Shown here: one piece after another, positions 47,906 to 57,005 of the stretch
Position numbering within the stretch: the stretch's first letter is position 1
Layout of the letters: each line of letters opens with the position of its first letter
NCBI GenBank assembly: GCA_001768515.1
Contig: MEOA01000020.1
Location: 5,873-69,872 of the forward strand
Source: Bacteroidetes bacterium GWE2_42_24
GTDB taxonomy: Bacteria; Bacteroidota; Bacteroidia; Bacteroidales; TTA-H9
DNA: 64,000 bases
Direction of reading: 5' to 3'
Notes under the pieces: generated by a model
Databases searched by the model: none
Told to the model about the DNA's origin: nothing
The model's input: the letters and a program-made list of their open reading frames with translations, nothing else
Program-made: the position numbers and the translations under genes

Positions 47906-49297
47906 TTACCTCCCGCTTCCGATCAATTGAGTAAGTACATCATTCTGAGGTAAAGAACCATCAATGGTCACCGTCTGAACCGAAATCTCGATATCAATTC
48001 CAGGCAGACTGCTTTCGAGTAGCTTGATAACTGAGCCTTTAATCTGGTTAATGAGTCCGTCTAATCTTTCACGATTTGTTTCGGGAGATATAAATAAAAA
48101 GGTATTACTATTGACCAGCGACAGGATGTCGGTTGAAAGGGTAGCATTTTTTACAAAGTCGGCAATTTCAAGCATCATCCGGTTGTAATTGCTTCCCATG
48201 TTTTCACGGGTACGGGGAGAGAGCCTGATCACCAGGCTGCCGGCCGCACTCTCCTTAGAAGTCTTTGCCCGCTCAATTTCATATTTCAGGAAAATATTAA
48301 ACGTCGTAGCCGTGATAAAGCCAGGAATGCTAACGTCTTCGGCCACATCACGTGATGGACCATTCTGGGCAGTCTCTTCACCAATTGGCGTCAGCTCATA
48401 ACTATAAATCGGCACATCAATGAGGGAATCAATCGAGTTGTTCTTTTTACAGACAAAACAGAAAGCCTCCATAACCGGTTCCTGGAATACATGGCTGCAA
48501 TTTTTGCAATTGTAGATTAAGGATGGCTTGTCATAATCGACACCGATGTGTCGTAACATACGGTTGCATTTAGGACATACCAGATAATCGCCTGAAAGAA
48601 AATCATGTTCAGGTCCGACATAAGCGCAAACAAAGTGATGTATCAGGTTCTCGGTTACCAGGTCAGCCGATTCACATTTGGGACATGTTTCACGAAAGTT
48701 CAGGAATGAACTGTAGCATGAACTGCATACATGCAGCTTGTCGACGAACCTGCTCCTGAAATATTCCTTTTCGGTAGCGGTTTCAAATAGCTGGAACATC
48801 TCCTTCAGATTGGTCTGGTCATAATGATCTGAGATAACCGGGAAGTTATAACCTATATGGGACTTATGATCGACAACAGGGGTCAGGCGCGTTTCACGGG
48901 TAAACATGAAGCGCATGGCTTTTGTAAGGATCCGGATATCGGGTGAACTGCTGTCAACCGATACCAGTTGATCCTGACGCAATCGTATTCTGTCGATTCT
49001 GCTGATAATGGCCTCGATCTGAACAGAAGAAACAACACCATCGCTCATCGCCTCCATCACTTTATCAATTTCATGATTAATTGACAGAATAAAGATGGGC
49101 ATCAGGTAGATAGTACCTATCATCGAATTACGACATTGTCTGACGAATCTGGAACAACCATCACGATCGGTGTAGTCAAGAATCAGCGCATCATAAATGG
49201 CGAGTTTCCTGATGTCAACTGAGTTAAAATCGTTGATCAGTATAATCTCCAGATTTCTGTCGTTACTAATTTTCCTTCCAAAAATGGGATCAGACAT
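47906..49297 (-). CDS. Receiver-like domain, five-CxxC zinc-ribbon module (TackOD1-like) and degenerate GGDEF-like domain protein
   Basis: 463 aa. The N-terminus has a REC-like strand pattern (LEIILINDFN...YDALILDYTDRDG...MPIFILS). The centre has CSSC, CPKC, CPKC, CKNC and CFVC. The C-terminus is collinear with GGDEF domains, but NSNTF replaces GGDEF. Confidence 0.55.
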   Translation of the reverse strand: MSDPIFGRKISNDRNLEIILINDFNSVDIRKLAIYDALILDYTDRDGCSRFVRQCRNSMIGTIYLMPIFILSINHEIDKVMEAMSDGVVSSVQIEAIISRIDRIRLRQDQLVSVDSSSPDIRILTKAMRFMFTRETRLTPVVDHKSHIGYNFPVISDHYDQTNLKEMFQLFETATEKEYFRSRFVDKLHVCSSCYSSFLNFRETCPKCESADLVTENLIHHFVCAYVGPEHDFLSGDYLVCPKCNRMLRHIGVDYDKPSLIYNCKNCSHVFQEPVMEAFCFVCKKNNSIDSLIDVPIYSYELTPIGEETAQNGPSRDVAEDVSIPGFITATTFNIFLKYEIERAKTSKESAAGSLVIRLSPRTRENMGSNYNRMMLEIADFVKNATLSTDILSLVNSNTFLFISPETNRERLDGLINQIKGSVIKLLESSLPGIDIEISVQTVTIDGSLPQNDVLTQLIGSGR

Positions 49298-49349
49298 AGC
49301 TTTTTAAGAATTTGAATGATGCATATCGCGAACGAGCTTCAACACCTGA

Positions 49350-50420
49350 TTAAAAGAACCGCAGTTTAGAGACCTGAACTGTGAACTGATAATAGGATCT
49401 CCATATTCGCTTCTCGTCATCATTCACCGGATTAACAACGGCCACAACATTTCGTTGATCCTTACCGCGGATTTTACGAAAAGGTTCCGGGACTGACTCA
49501 GTATTTACATAAAATTCCTTTATACGCCCCTTGCTTCTCGTTCCGTCCAAAAACCTGAGATTAACAACATCTCCGGGTTCAAAATATTCCAGATCGTTTT
49601 GCTCGATGAATACCCGGATAAAGATCTCATCGAGATTTGAGATATACATAATGATATCCTGGCGGAATGATATTTCATTCTCAGGCTTAGGTATCTTGGT
49701 GATAATACCTGAGACCGGACTCACATAATATGACTTAATCGGAGCGTTACCATCACCAAATCCAACCGTAGATAACTGATATTTTTTGTAATCATCCTCG
49801 AACGAGTCCAATTGTCGAAGGTACTGCTGCAGATAGCCCAGTTCACTAACCTTACGCTGCCTTTCAACACGCAGGTTCTCGACCACCATCCGTTTCTCGC
49901 TTAATATTGCAGGACTTACCAGATCGAGATGCACCTCCATTTTCAATCGTTCGATCGCTGCATTGGTCTGTGCTATATTATTGTCAATATCGCGAATATC
50001 TATATATTTCAGGCTAATGGTCTTCTTTGTATTCATTCGTTCTTTGGTCACCCATTCATTCGGTTTATCAATAACGACATTATTGAAGACAAATGCACCA
50101 CCATTCCCATTGTCGTGATCTCTGAAATCAGATTTGTACGCGAAGAGTGTATCTCCCTGTTCCACCATATCACCTTCAGCAACAAAATATCTGGTTATTT
50201 CTACATCATTGGGCTGTGTTACTTCAAATCTTTCGGTGATGACCTCTCCAAGAGAATAAACATAAAGGTTTTTCTGAAGGATATAAACAGCAAGACTCAC
50301 GATCATGAAAATGAAAATCGACATATAGATAATACGATCCCAATTTCGTGACTTTTTAGGTTTTTCTTCCTTGATTCCGGTGATGATGCTTGCTTTATTC
50401 TGAAATTTGAATTGTTTCAT
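49350..50420 (-). CDS. HlyD-type membrane fusion protein
   Basis: 356 aa with a single N-terminal TM segment (IIYMSIFIFMIVSLAVYIL). It has a lipoyl-like hairpin (GDMVEQGDTLFAY ... SGIITKI), a coiled-coil and a beta-barrel region. Confidence 0.75.
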   Translation of the reverse strand: MKQFKFQNKASIITGIKEEKPKKSRNWDRIIYMSIFIFMIVSLAVYILQKNLYVYSLGEVITERFEVTQPNDVEITRYFVAEGDMVEQGDTLFAYKSDFRDHDNGNGGAFVFNNVVIDKPNEWVTKERMNTKKTISLKYIDIRDIDNNIAQTNAAIERLKMEVHLDLVSPAILSEKRMVVENLRVERQRKVSELGYLQQYLRQLDSFEDDYKKYQLSTVGFGDGNAPIKSYYVSPVSGIITKIPKPENEISFRQDIIMYISNLDEIFIRVFIEQNDLEYFEPGDVVNLRFLDGTRSKGRIKEFYVNTESVPEPFRKIRGKDQRNVVAVVNPVNDDEKRIWRSYYQFTVQVSKLRFF

Positions 50421-50458
50421 TTTTTGGAGACTTAGGTGGTAAGGGGTTGGGCAGTCAT

Positions 50459-52600
50459 TTATTTTGATACTGAACGGTTATCCAGTTCAATGAGTCTGCC
50501 TAAATCATGGATGGCCAATTGATCGGCCCCCAATTTATCAAGCAACTTGCGAACAAAGGCCTCGAAGAGCAATCGATCTTTAAAATCGGCAGCGCTCAGG
50601 GCAACTATTGTCTTAGAAGCGTTAATAGCGAATTCTTCGGACACTTTCTGGGTAATATACTCGACATCCGGATGCTCGTATGCCATAAGGTATACCTTAT
50701 CGCACAGGTTGTAGATACTGTCTAGAAGTACCCTGTTGTAGTAAACAGGGATCGATACTGACAGTTGAAAACCATTGGCATCACAGATATTTCTTGCTTT
50801 CCTGAGCATGTTGATATACTCGGCCTCATACATGCCAGAATTGGTTTTGAAGTCATCTATGGTATGTATTTCAACATCCAGATGAATTGATTTCATTCCA
50901 AAACGGCGGGCAAGCTCAACCTTCTGTGTGAGGTATGAAACTGCCGATGCCGAATCAACCCTTTGGTGTCCTGTCAGTAAATGGGTGTTGATGTTGATGG
51001 CTTTGGCCTGAAAAACGAAATCCTCAACTTTTTGATCGAATTCAGGTGTCCTGTCATTACCTACCGAGAGAAGCACCTCCTTGATTTCTGAATTTCTCAG
51101 GTAAGCAAGCATTGTATTGAGCGGCATTTCTTTAAAGTCAGACGACCAGATATACAATGAACGTTTGCCCTGATATTTTCTCGATAAATCTTCGGGAGAC
51201 ATTACGCTGACAAAACTATTTGGGTTCTTCTCCTCAAGCGAGGAATAAATTTTCAGGAATTTTAGATACAAATCCTTCTTTATATCAACCATTTCAATCT
51301 CGATACTGATTTTTTCATCAAGAACAGATATGGCTCTCAACGGACTAAACGACTCAAGACCAAGGTCACGCTTCACGATCTCCTTCCGTAAACGCTCTTC
51401 TACAAGAAGCAACTTAAAATAAAACGAGATGTATTGCATCTTTTTAAATTGGTATTCATAGTAGTTGTTGAGCAATTCGCTACCCGCACCAAAACGCTCG
51501 TTTTCCTGATAGTTCTCCATGATCTTCTGTCTTGCTGCCCTCGATTCCCCCTGATGTGATTTGAGCTTCAAGGGAACACTCAGGTTAACGCCTGCTGAAG
51601 TATAAGTCCGGTCATTTGTATTGTCCAGAGCCATGTAATTGAAGCGTACATAAGGCTTCAGACTCCAGTCGGAAAAACGGTTGTACTCCAGGTCAATTTT
51701 GTCAAGCTTCAGATTGGTCATCTGGTTAGCGGTGACAGATTTGTTGAAGATGTCTACCATCTTGTTGGCATCCAGATCAAGAATGGGCAAATAATTATAC
51801 AGGAAACTGTCGTCGAGAATCATATCAGGAAATGAGTTCTTCAGTCGCCGGTTGTAATAAACATCATTGTTGTTCATCATAACCTCTACTTCCGATAATT
51901 TGCTCTGCAGATCAAGAATATCCTCCCATTGGATATAGCGCAGAAAATAAAGTTGATGTGCGATCTGAAGCTGCTCCTTCAACACGTTGTAGCGCTGGTT
52001 CAACTTTTCGATTTTCTGCCGTTTGAACAGATAAGTCAGGTAGTTGTATATATACAGGTAATTGCTCTCCTTGTTGTCGAGCGAACTTTCCAATTGCTGA
52101 ATTTCAAGATCTTTATCCAGGATTTTTGCGCGCTTCAGATTACTAAGCAACCCTCCACTCAACAAATCCCACTCAATGCCAACATAGAACCTACGGTTGT
52201 AGGTCAGATCTTCATTATCGAGTACGCCAGGTTCAAAATTTTCAATGTAAGAACCTGTGAGTTTTAGTCCGGGATCACCTATTAATTTTGATTTTTCTTT
52301 CTCATAATAGGTAATGAAGGCTTCGTTTTGGTTGTTAACGCTGTAATTGGTGCTGAACAGCATCCTGACGAGTACGGTATCATCAATCTGTTTAGGGGGA
52401 ATGGATTTATTAAGTTGGTTGTTAAGAAAAACATCAACCCTTGCTGATATTGATTCAAGACTCAATGAATCATGATCGCCAATGCTTGGTTTTAATGTTG
52501 TTACCTTTTGGCTGTATCCCGGTTCAAGCGAACATGTCATCAATACGATGATGGTTCCAAAGCAGGCAAACATGGATAATTTTGATTTCACAAACAACAT
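50459..52600 (-). CDS. TolC-like outer-membrane channel fused to a C-terminal GH18-like TIM-barrel domain
   Basis: 713 aa with a signal peptide. The two OEP-like halves contain YVGIEWDLLSGGLLSNLKRAK and SAGVNLSVPLKL. The C-terminal roughly 270 aa alternate beta/alpha segments. FGMKSIHLDVE resembles the GH18 DxDxE block and VYLMAYE resembles the GH18 MxYD block. Confidence 0.6.
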   Translation of the reverse strand: MLFVKSKLSMFACFGTIIVLMTCSLEPGYSQKVTTLKPSIGDHDSLSLESISARVDVFLNNQLNKSIPPKQIDDTVLVRMLFSTNYSVNNQNEAFITYYEKEKSKLIGDPGLKLTGSYIENFEPGVLDNEDLTYNRRFYVGIEWDLLSGGLLSNLKRAKILDKDLEIQQLESSLDNKESNYLYIYNYLTYLFKRQKIEKLNQRYNVLKEQLQIAHQLYFLRYIQWEDILDLQSKLSEVEVMMNNNDVYYNRRLKNSFPDMILDDSFLYNYLPILDLDANKMVDIFNKSVTANQMTNLKLDKIDLEYNRFSDWSLKPYVRFNYMALDNTNDRTYTSAGVNLSVPLKLKSHQGESRAARQKIMENYQENERFGAGSELLNNYYEYQFKKMQYISFYFKLLLVEERLRKEIVKRDLGLESFSPLRAISVLDEKISIEIEMVDIKKDLYLKFLKIYSSLEEKNPNSFVSVMSPEDLSRKYQGKRSLYIWSSDFKEMPLNTMLAYLRNSEIKEVLLSVGNDRTPEFDQKVEDFVFQAKAININTHLLTGHQRVDSASAVSYLTQKVELARRFGMKSIHLDVEIHTIDDFKTNSGMYEAEYINMLRKARNICDANGFQLSVSIPVYYNRVLLDSIYNLCDKVYLMAYEHPDVEYITQKVSEEFAINASKTIVALSAADFKDRLLFEAFVRKLLDKLGADQLAIHDLGRLIELDNRSVSK

Positions 52601-52728
52601 CTTTAATAAATTTCATTTTCGAAGATCAAACATTATTCCAAAGAGTTATGTTCACTGATAACAAAATAAGCAATGAAGAATCGTCGAAAATTATTCATAG
52701 ATAAAAACATAATACACAAATACTTAGG

Positions 52729-52736
52729 CAAAGGTA
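52729..52736 (-). promoter_or_regulatory. Bacteroidota -7 box (TAccTTTG) for the polysaccharide operon
   Basis: The minus strand reads atttacctttgcc about 125 nt upstream of the ATG at 52600. Confidence 0.5.
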
Positions 52737-52880
52737 AATAAATCTGGTATTCAATAATCGAAATAAAAAAAACATCAACAAAAAGTCTGGTGTAAAAGCA
52801 GACCTCTGTAATTTTCCAAAAAATACACATCTTGTTCAATTTAAAACTCGCGGGAGTTTATTTATCCATGGGAACTATGT

Positions 52881-52888
52881 TATCTTTG
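52881..52888 (+). promoter_or_regulatory. Bacteroidota -7 box (TAtcTTTG) for the divergent REC-HK gene
   Basis: tatctttgcgg lies 18 nt upstream of the ATG at 52907. Confidence 0.5.
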
Positions 52889-52906
52889 CGGACTAAAAAT
52901 AGCAAG

Positions 52907-54502
52907 ATGGAACCCAGACTCCGCTTACTGATAATTGAAGACGACCCAACCAGTGCAAAATTGATGCAGATAACCCTTAACCGGCTGGGATATGAAGTTG
53001 TCGGGATTGCTCCTAATGGTCAGGCAGCCATCGAACTTACGAAAGAAACAAGTCCCGATCTATTGCTGATGGACATCAATCTTCCCGGCCAGTTCGACGG
53101 TATCGAGACCGCCAGAATCATTAACCAGAAATATGATATCCCCGTCATTTATGTTACAGCAAATACTGAGGATGAAACCATCAAACTGGCTATAGCTACC
53201 AATCCTATCGGTTATCTGGTGAAGCCATACAGCAGAGAGCACCTGAAGACCATGGTTGAAATGGGATTTTACAAGCACAAACTTGAAAATGAGTTAAAGA
53301 AAAATCAGGAAATGCTCTCAGTTACTCTTGAAAACATTGCTGATGGTGTACTAATGGTTCAAAGTAACGGAAATATCCTGTTTCACAATGATGCGACGAT
53401 TAAAATCCTGAATCTGGAAGAGGAAAATTTATCGGGAACTTCAATCTTTAGTTTGTTTCCCAACATCAGTATTGATGCTTTTGATAATACAAAAGGCAAA
53501 TCTTTTCAATCAGCCGGTGTAATAACCTACACCGATGTTCAATGGTCATCTGATAACGGCCTTTCGCTGATACTTGAACAGCAGATAACCAAGATACAAA
53601 ATGCCATCGATGACGCTTCAACTTATGTAATAACTTTCAGGGATATTACGGCACGCAGGATGGAATCAATCCGTTTGGTTAAAATCAAGGAGGAATTGGA
53701 AGAACGGGTTGAGGTGCGTACCCTCGAGATCAGAATGAAGAACCTGGAACTTGAACGTGAGAATAAAATAAGAGTTGAAGCCGAAAAGGAGCTTAAAGAA
53801 GCCTTGGTTAAACAGAAAGACCTGACTAATTTTCAGGCAAATATTGTTACTACTGTATCGCACGAATTCAGAACGCCGCTCACTACTATACAAAGCTCGG
53901 CAGAACTTATTGAACGAAATGTTAATAAGGGATCAGAACCGGATGGTATTCTGAAACATGTAGGGCAAATCAGAAATTCGGTAACCACCCTGACGGCCCT
54001 GCTCAATGATGTTTTACTGGTCGAAAAAATGAATGCCTCTAAACTTGAAGTTACTTTAGAATCTTTATCACCCGAAAGCTTCTTTCAATGCCTTGCCGAC
54101 GAATATAAAATTGGTACAGGTAGAAATCACGTACTCGAATACCAGCATAACGTTTTTCCTTCAGAAATTAATATTGACAGGAAACTCCTTGGACATATTG
54201 TCAACAATTTGATGAGTAATGCTTTTAAATACAGCCCTGTCGGCAGTACGGTCATGTTGGTTGTATTTATTGGTGATAATCTATTGAAAATTATTGTTAA
54301 AGACCAGGGTATTGGTATCTCTGAATCCAATGTTCAATATGTGTTCGATACATTTTACCGCGAGCCATCCGCCGTCAATATCGAAGGTACAGGTGTTGGT
54401 CTGGCCATTTTAAAAGAATCAGTTGATTTGATGGGTGGAACCATTCAGGTGGATAGCAAAAAGGGGCATGGTACAACCTTTACGGTTTCCATACCCCTTT
54501 GA
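52907..54502 (+). CDS. REC-PAS-coiled-coil-HisKA-HATPase sensor kinase
   Basis: The start is taken at MEPRLRLLIIEDDPTS. It has a receiver (LLLMDINLPGQFDG), an H-box (SHEFRTPLTTI), an N-box (NLMSNAFKYS) and a G-box (GTGVGLAIL). Confidence 0.85.
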   Translation: MEPRLRLLIIEDDPTSAKLMQITLNRLGYEVVGIAPNGQAAIELTKETSPDLLLMDINLPGQFDGIETARIINQKYDIPVIYVTANTEDETIKLAIATNPIGYLVKPYSREHLKTMVEMGFYKHKLENELKKNQEMLSVTLENIADGVLMVQSNGNILFHNDATIKILNLEEENLSGTSIFSLFPNISIDAFDNTKGKSFQSAGVITYTDVQWSSDNGLSLILEQQITKIQNAIDDASTYVITFRDITARRMESIRLVKIKEELEERVEVRTLEIRMKNLELERENKIRVEAEKELKEALVKQKDLTNFQANIVTTVSHEFRTPLTTIQSSAELIERNVNKGSEPDGILKHVGQIRNSVTTLTALLNDVLLVEKMNASKLEVTLESLSPESFFQCLADEYKIGTGRNHVLEYQHNVFPSEINIDRKLLGHIVNNLMSNAFKYSPVGSTVMLVVFIGDNLLKIIVKDQGIGISESNVQYVFDTFYREPSAVNIEGTGVGLAILKESVDLMGGTIQVDSKKGHGTTFTVSIPL

Positions 54503-54528
54503 ACAGGATTCTATTATCTTTCAATCGA

Positions 54529-55764
54529 TCACCGGTTGGCTACAGGTGCCATCTGTTTAAAGTTTACCACGCTGCTGAGTTTATACTGTTGTTGCTGATC
54601 ATCAGTAATTCTGCCCAGGATATATATAGCATAATTTCCTTTAGGATTTTTTCCTGATCTTATTTTTACATTCAATGTAAAATCAAAGGGTTCGGGAAGC
54701 TCGTTGAGTGTAATGGTCAGGTTTCTGTCGTCAGATGTAAAATCTATCTTTGGACCGATTTCCTGATCGGGAGCATAGAAGTTTTCGGGGAGTAAAACTT
54801 TTATTTCACCTTTTCCAACGATGGAGGCTTTATAAATCTGAATATTCAGCGTTATTTCTTCACCCTCTTCAATCTCATCGGGAACTACCCAGGCAATCAC
54901 ATCAACCGTTGAGGGATTGGACTGGCCAACTTTACCCTGAATAATTTCGGGTAATTCGTTGTTAAGGTTATTTGTTTTTAAGGAATTCCATGCAGATCCG
55001 GTAGCGGTTGGCTGAGCCTGCGGCTTATCTGACTTCTTCAGATCAAACATATAACCAACACCCACAGAGGTATAGGAGTACATATCCTGTTTAACGGCTG
55101 AACTTCCTTTTACAGTTCCGTCGATTTTATCGGTACTCGTACCATGTAATGAGGTTTCTATGCCCAGATACACATTATCTGAAACATTATAGTTTAATCC
55201 CAGTCCTACCGACATCGAACCATCGAGCTCGCTTTTGCTTGAAGGTGCTACTCCTGCAGGAATGGTAACCGGCACATCACCTGGTTTGGAGACCGAATTA
55301 TTTATTGCAACTGAATTCACTTTCCAGTTGATAAAGCCTAAACCAACCGTCGCATACGTCCGATAGCTGTTTAAATAGCTATCGTCCTGCCACAAACGGC
55401 TAAAGCTGAATGTTGTCTGAAGACTTGCGTTTAAAAGGTTTGATTCAAATTTATACCCAAGAGCCTCGCTTCTGCCCGCAACCTTTCCGTTCATCAGATG
55501 TGCACGAATGCCAAAGTATTTGCCCAACTGCTTTTCCAGTGCCAGGCCATAACCCAGTCGCCAGTCACGCATATATGGAACACCATCTTCACTCACATCA
55601 CCATGAAATAACACGGCACCAAAGTGAACCTCTGCACGCCAGTTTTTAAAGAATCCTCCAGTTTTAGCGACAGAATCTGTGGCCTGTGCTTTCAGGGGTT
55701 CCGCCGTTCCTAAAATTAATATTAAGGAAAGAAACAAACTGCATTTGAAAAATATCCTGTTCAT
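54529..55764 (-). CDS. Outer-membrane beta-barrel (OmpA-N/porin-like) protein with an extra C-terminal domain
   Basis: 411 aa with a signal peptide. It has alternating amphipathic strands with aromatic ends (WRAEVHFGAVLFHGD, YGLALE, VGVGYMF). The C-terminal roughly 130 aa form an Ig-like beta-rich region. Confidence 0.55.
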   Translation of the reverse strand: MNRIFFKCSLFLSLILILGTAEPLKAQATDSVAKTGGFFKNWRAEVHFGAVLFHGDVSEDGVPYMRDWRLGYGLALEKQLGKYFGIRAHLMNGKVAGRSEALGYKFESNLLNASLQTTFSFSRLWQDDSYLNSYRTYATVGLGFINWKVNSVAINNSVSKPGDVPVTIPAGVAPSSKSELDGSMSVGLGLNYNVSDNVYLGIETSLHGTSTDKIDGTVKGSSAVKQDMYSYTSVGVGYMFDLKKSDKPQAQPTATGSAWNSLKTNNLNNELPEIIQGKVGQSNPSTVDVIAWVVPDEIEEGEEITLNIQIYKASIVGKGEIKVLLPENFYAPDQEIGPKIDFTSDDRNLTITLNELPEPFDFTLNVKIRSGKNPKGNYAIYILGRITDDQQQQYKLSSVVNFKQMAPVANR

Positions 55765-55991
55765 AGCTTATATTTTTCCTGCTTTAACGTCGCAGATTAC
55801 AAATGGTTTCACTAAAAAATGAAATTATTTTGGCAATGCAGTGAATGTCAATTAAATAGACATAATTACAGCCCAAACTTTATATCTCAAAAAGCATTCC
55901 AATAAAATTATTAAGCTGTTAATCAATTAGATAGCTATATGAAAATTTTGTATAAAAAGTCCATAATCGGGAATATTTCCGCATTTGGAAC

Positions 55992-56017
55992 AAAAAAAAT
56001 CGCCCTTATGGGGCGAT
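55992..56017 (-). terminator. Terminator downstream of tRNA-His
   Basis: The stem atcgccc / gggcgat is followed on the minus strand by eight T. Confidence 0.7.
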
Positions 56018-56039
56018 TATAGAAAGAGAAGTAATTTTG

Positions 56040-56114
56040 GGTGGCTGATGGGATTCGAACCCACGACCCTCGGAACCACAATCCGATGCTCTAACCGACT
56101 GAACTACAGCCACC
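56040..56114 (-). tRNA. tRNA-His (anticodon GTG) with encoded G-1
   Basis: The reverse complement folds as a cloverleaf: G-1, acceptor GTGGCTG/CAGCCAC, anticodon arm TCGGA-TTGTGGT-TCCGA, and T-arm GTGGG-TTCGAAT-CCCAT. Confidence 0.9.
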
Positions 56115-56231
56115 GTTTTGAGACTGCAAAATTACACCATTTTTGGAATTCTGCAAACACTTTTTTTGAAATATATTCAAATCAATGCTGCCCTTTTTTA
56201 CCTTTGGCATCGAAATGTAATAAGAAAAACG

Positions 56232-57005
56232 ATGGCAGATATAATCGACTACAAGATCTTTGGTGACGACATGCAGGTCGTTGAAATTGAACTCGATCCA
56301 CAGGAAGGTGTACGAGCTGAAGTTGGCGCTATGATGTACATGGAGGCTGACATTCAAATGCAAACGAATACCGGTGGCGGACTGTTCAAAGGATTTAAAA
56401 GAATGCTTACGGGTGAAGGCTTCTTTATCAGTACTTTCATGAATAGTGGCTACGGAAAGTCAAAAGTAGCCTTTGGTGCTCCTTTCCCGGGGAAAATTCT
56501 GCCACTCCACCTCGGAGAATTGGGAGGTGAATTTCTCTGTCAGAAGGATTCATTCCTTTGTGCCGCCAATGGAATTGACATAGATATTGCCTTCACAAGA
56601 AAGATTGGTGCAGGATTGTTCGGCGGAGAGGGCTTTATTTTACAGCGTCTGTCGGGCAACGGACTCGCTTTTGTTCATGCCGGCGGCACAATCTTGAAGA
56701 AGATACTTAAACCCGGCGAAACATTACGCGTTGATACCGGCTGCCTGGTGGCCTTTGAACCAACAGTTGAATACGATATTCAATTTGTGGGTGGATTTAA
56801 AAATGCCCTTTTCGGTGGTGAAGGTCTTTTCCTGGCTCAACTGAGAGGCCCGGGACTCGTCTTCCTTCAAAGCCTTCCTTTCTCACGGCTCGCCGATCGT
56901 ATTATCGCGGCCTCAAGAAATGGGCACCGTGAACAGAGCGACGGAATTGCCGGAATCGGAGGCGGTATCCTGGGGAGTCTTCTTGGAGGGGATAAGAGGT
57001 TTTGA
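56232..57005 (+). CDS. AIM24/TIGR00266-family protein
   Basis: The start is taken at MADIIDYKIFGDDMQVVEIELDPQEGVRAEVGAMMYM. The glycine-rich C-terminal tail is typical of the family. Confidence 0.75.
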   Translation: MADIIDYKIFGDDMQVVEIELDPQEGVRAEVGAMMYMEADIQMQTNTGGGLFKGFKRMLTGEGFFISTFMNSGYGKSKVAFGAPFPGKILPLHLGELGGEFLCQKDSFLCAANGIDIDIAFTRKIGAGLFGGEGFILQRLSGNGLAFVHAGGTILKKILKPGETLRVDTGCLVAFEPTVEYDIQFVGGFKNALFGGEGLFLAQLRGPGLVFLQSLPFSRLADRIIAASRNGHREQSDGIAGIGGGILGSLLGGDKRF

